From an uncultured Atribacterota bacterium (GTDB taxonomy: Bacteria; Atribacterota; Phoenicimicrobiia; Phoenicimicrobiales; Stramentimicrobiaceae): a stretch of DNA of 55,108 nt. Each line of letters begins with the position of its first letter. Positions within the stretch are counted from its first letter, which is position 1. This document shows positions 54,435 to 55,108 of this stretch, in pieces. Under the pieces are notes generated by a model. The model saw only the letters and a list, made by a program, of their open reading frames with translations, had not been told where the DNA came from and searched no databases. The position numbers and the translations under genes were made by a program. Where the stretch lies: NCBI GenBank assembly GCA_964636625.1, contig CAZWUL010000002.1:1-55108 (forward strand), in the 5' to 3' direction.

Positions 54435-55070
54435 TTGTCTTCTTTTGTTAAAGAAAAATTTACTGCCTTTCGAAACTGCAATGACCAAATAATAGTAAAT
54501 ATGGCTAATTCCGGTAATTGCTTAGCGGAAGAATATATTATTAATAAGTATAAAAAAATGGTTAAGATGAAGGCGAGGGCTTATTTTCTGATAGGTGCTG
54601 ACAAAGAAGATATAATCCAGGAAGGTATGATTGGTTTATATAAAGCAGTCAGGCACTATGACAGTTTTAAAATGCCTTCTTTTAAGATGTTTGCAGAGGT
54701 TTGTGTCAATAGACAGATTATTACTGCGGTTAAAAAGGCAAGCCGGAAAAAACATAAGCCACTAAACTTTTCTGTATCATTAAATCAGCCTATTTGTTTT
54801 GATAATCCTGACAGGACATTAATAGATATTGTTAATGATATAAATATTAATGATCCAATGGCTCTTTTTATAACCCAAGAAAAATTTAAAGAAATAAAAT
54901 TAAAACTGAAAGAATTACTTTCTAAATTAGAAATAAGAGTACTAGAATCGTATCTTGAAGGCAAAACATACAAGGAAATTGCTTTTGAAATAAACAAAAG
55001 CGTTAAGTCAATTGATAATGCTATACAGAGAATTAAATCAAAATTAGAATTTGATAATAAATTAAATTGA
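54435..55070 (+). CDS. sigH: RNA polymerase sigma factor SigH-like (sigma-70 family, group 3/ECF-like)
   Basis: GNCLAEEYIINKYKKMVKMKARAYFLIGADKEDIIQEGMIGLYKAVRHYD and a C-terminal YKEIAFEINKSVKSIDNAIQRIK region-4 HTH. Firmicutes-like position after cysS. Confidence 0.75.
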   Translation: MSSFVKEKFTAFRNCNDQIIVNMANSGNCLAEEYIINKYKKMVKMKARAYFLIGADKEDIIQEGMIGLYKAVRHYDSFKMPSFKMFAEVCVNRQIITAVKKASRKKHKPLNFSVSLNQPICFDNPDRTLIDIVNDININDPMALFITQEKFKEIKLKLKELLSKLEIRVLESYLEGKTYKEIAFEINKSVKSIDNAIQRIKSKLEFDNKLN

Positions 55071-55108
55071 CTCTAACAAAAAAAACAATTATAATGTTGA
55101 ATGTTGCC

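Overview
AT-rich, very densely packed bacterial chromosomal segment. I count 47 plausible CDS, 46 on the + strand; the only minus-strand gene is a 1022-aa outer-membrane protein. I recognised no rRNA, tRNA, CRISPR array, transposase, phage gene or reverse transcriptase.

The backbone is conserved housekeeping and cell-envelope content with Firmicutes/Clostridia-like synteny:
- wecA-like, galE-like and tagA-like glycopolymer genes
- mreD-mrdA-rodA
- radical-SAM pair, then rng-rplU-rpmA-obg
- punA, a small membrane protein, then mtnA-murA
- mreB and an S55 peptidase
- ispD-ispE-ispF
- nadD-yqeK-LCP-rsfS
- pgk
- a regulator followed by mcsA-mcsB-clpC-radA, a PIN/TRAM gene, cysS and sigH

The organism is nevertheless clearly diderm: it has an Omp85-type barrel, ExbB/ExbD and many periplasmic TPR proteins.

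The parts that look non-standard and possibly undescribed:
1. A four-gene Tol/Ton-like module (21585-27956). A giant TolB-N-like/TPR protein, ExbB/TolQ and ExbD/TolR are followed by a TolA/TonB-style anchor fused to a DUF3048 domain.
2. An Omp85 barrel carrying an HExxH protease-like domain and a TolB-type PD40 propeller where POTRA domains would be expected (2343-5411). A perfect 22-bp inverted repeat sits inside its coding sequence.
3. A CsoR/CstR-family repressor, with a matching pseudo-palindromic operator on its own consensus promoter, in the position normally held by ctsR upstream of mcsA-mcsB-clpC.
4. A degenerate WecA-like membrane domain, with catalytic motifs lost, fused to a TagA/WecG glycosyltransferase.
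5. A shared vocabulary of short repeats in several unusually long ORF-free spacers. One spacer carries orphan minus-strand terminators, suggesting a small RNA.

All functional calls come from motif recognition by eye. No database search was run.
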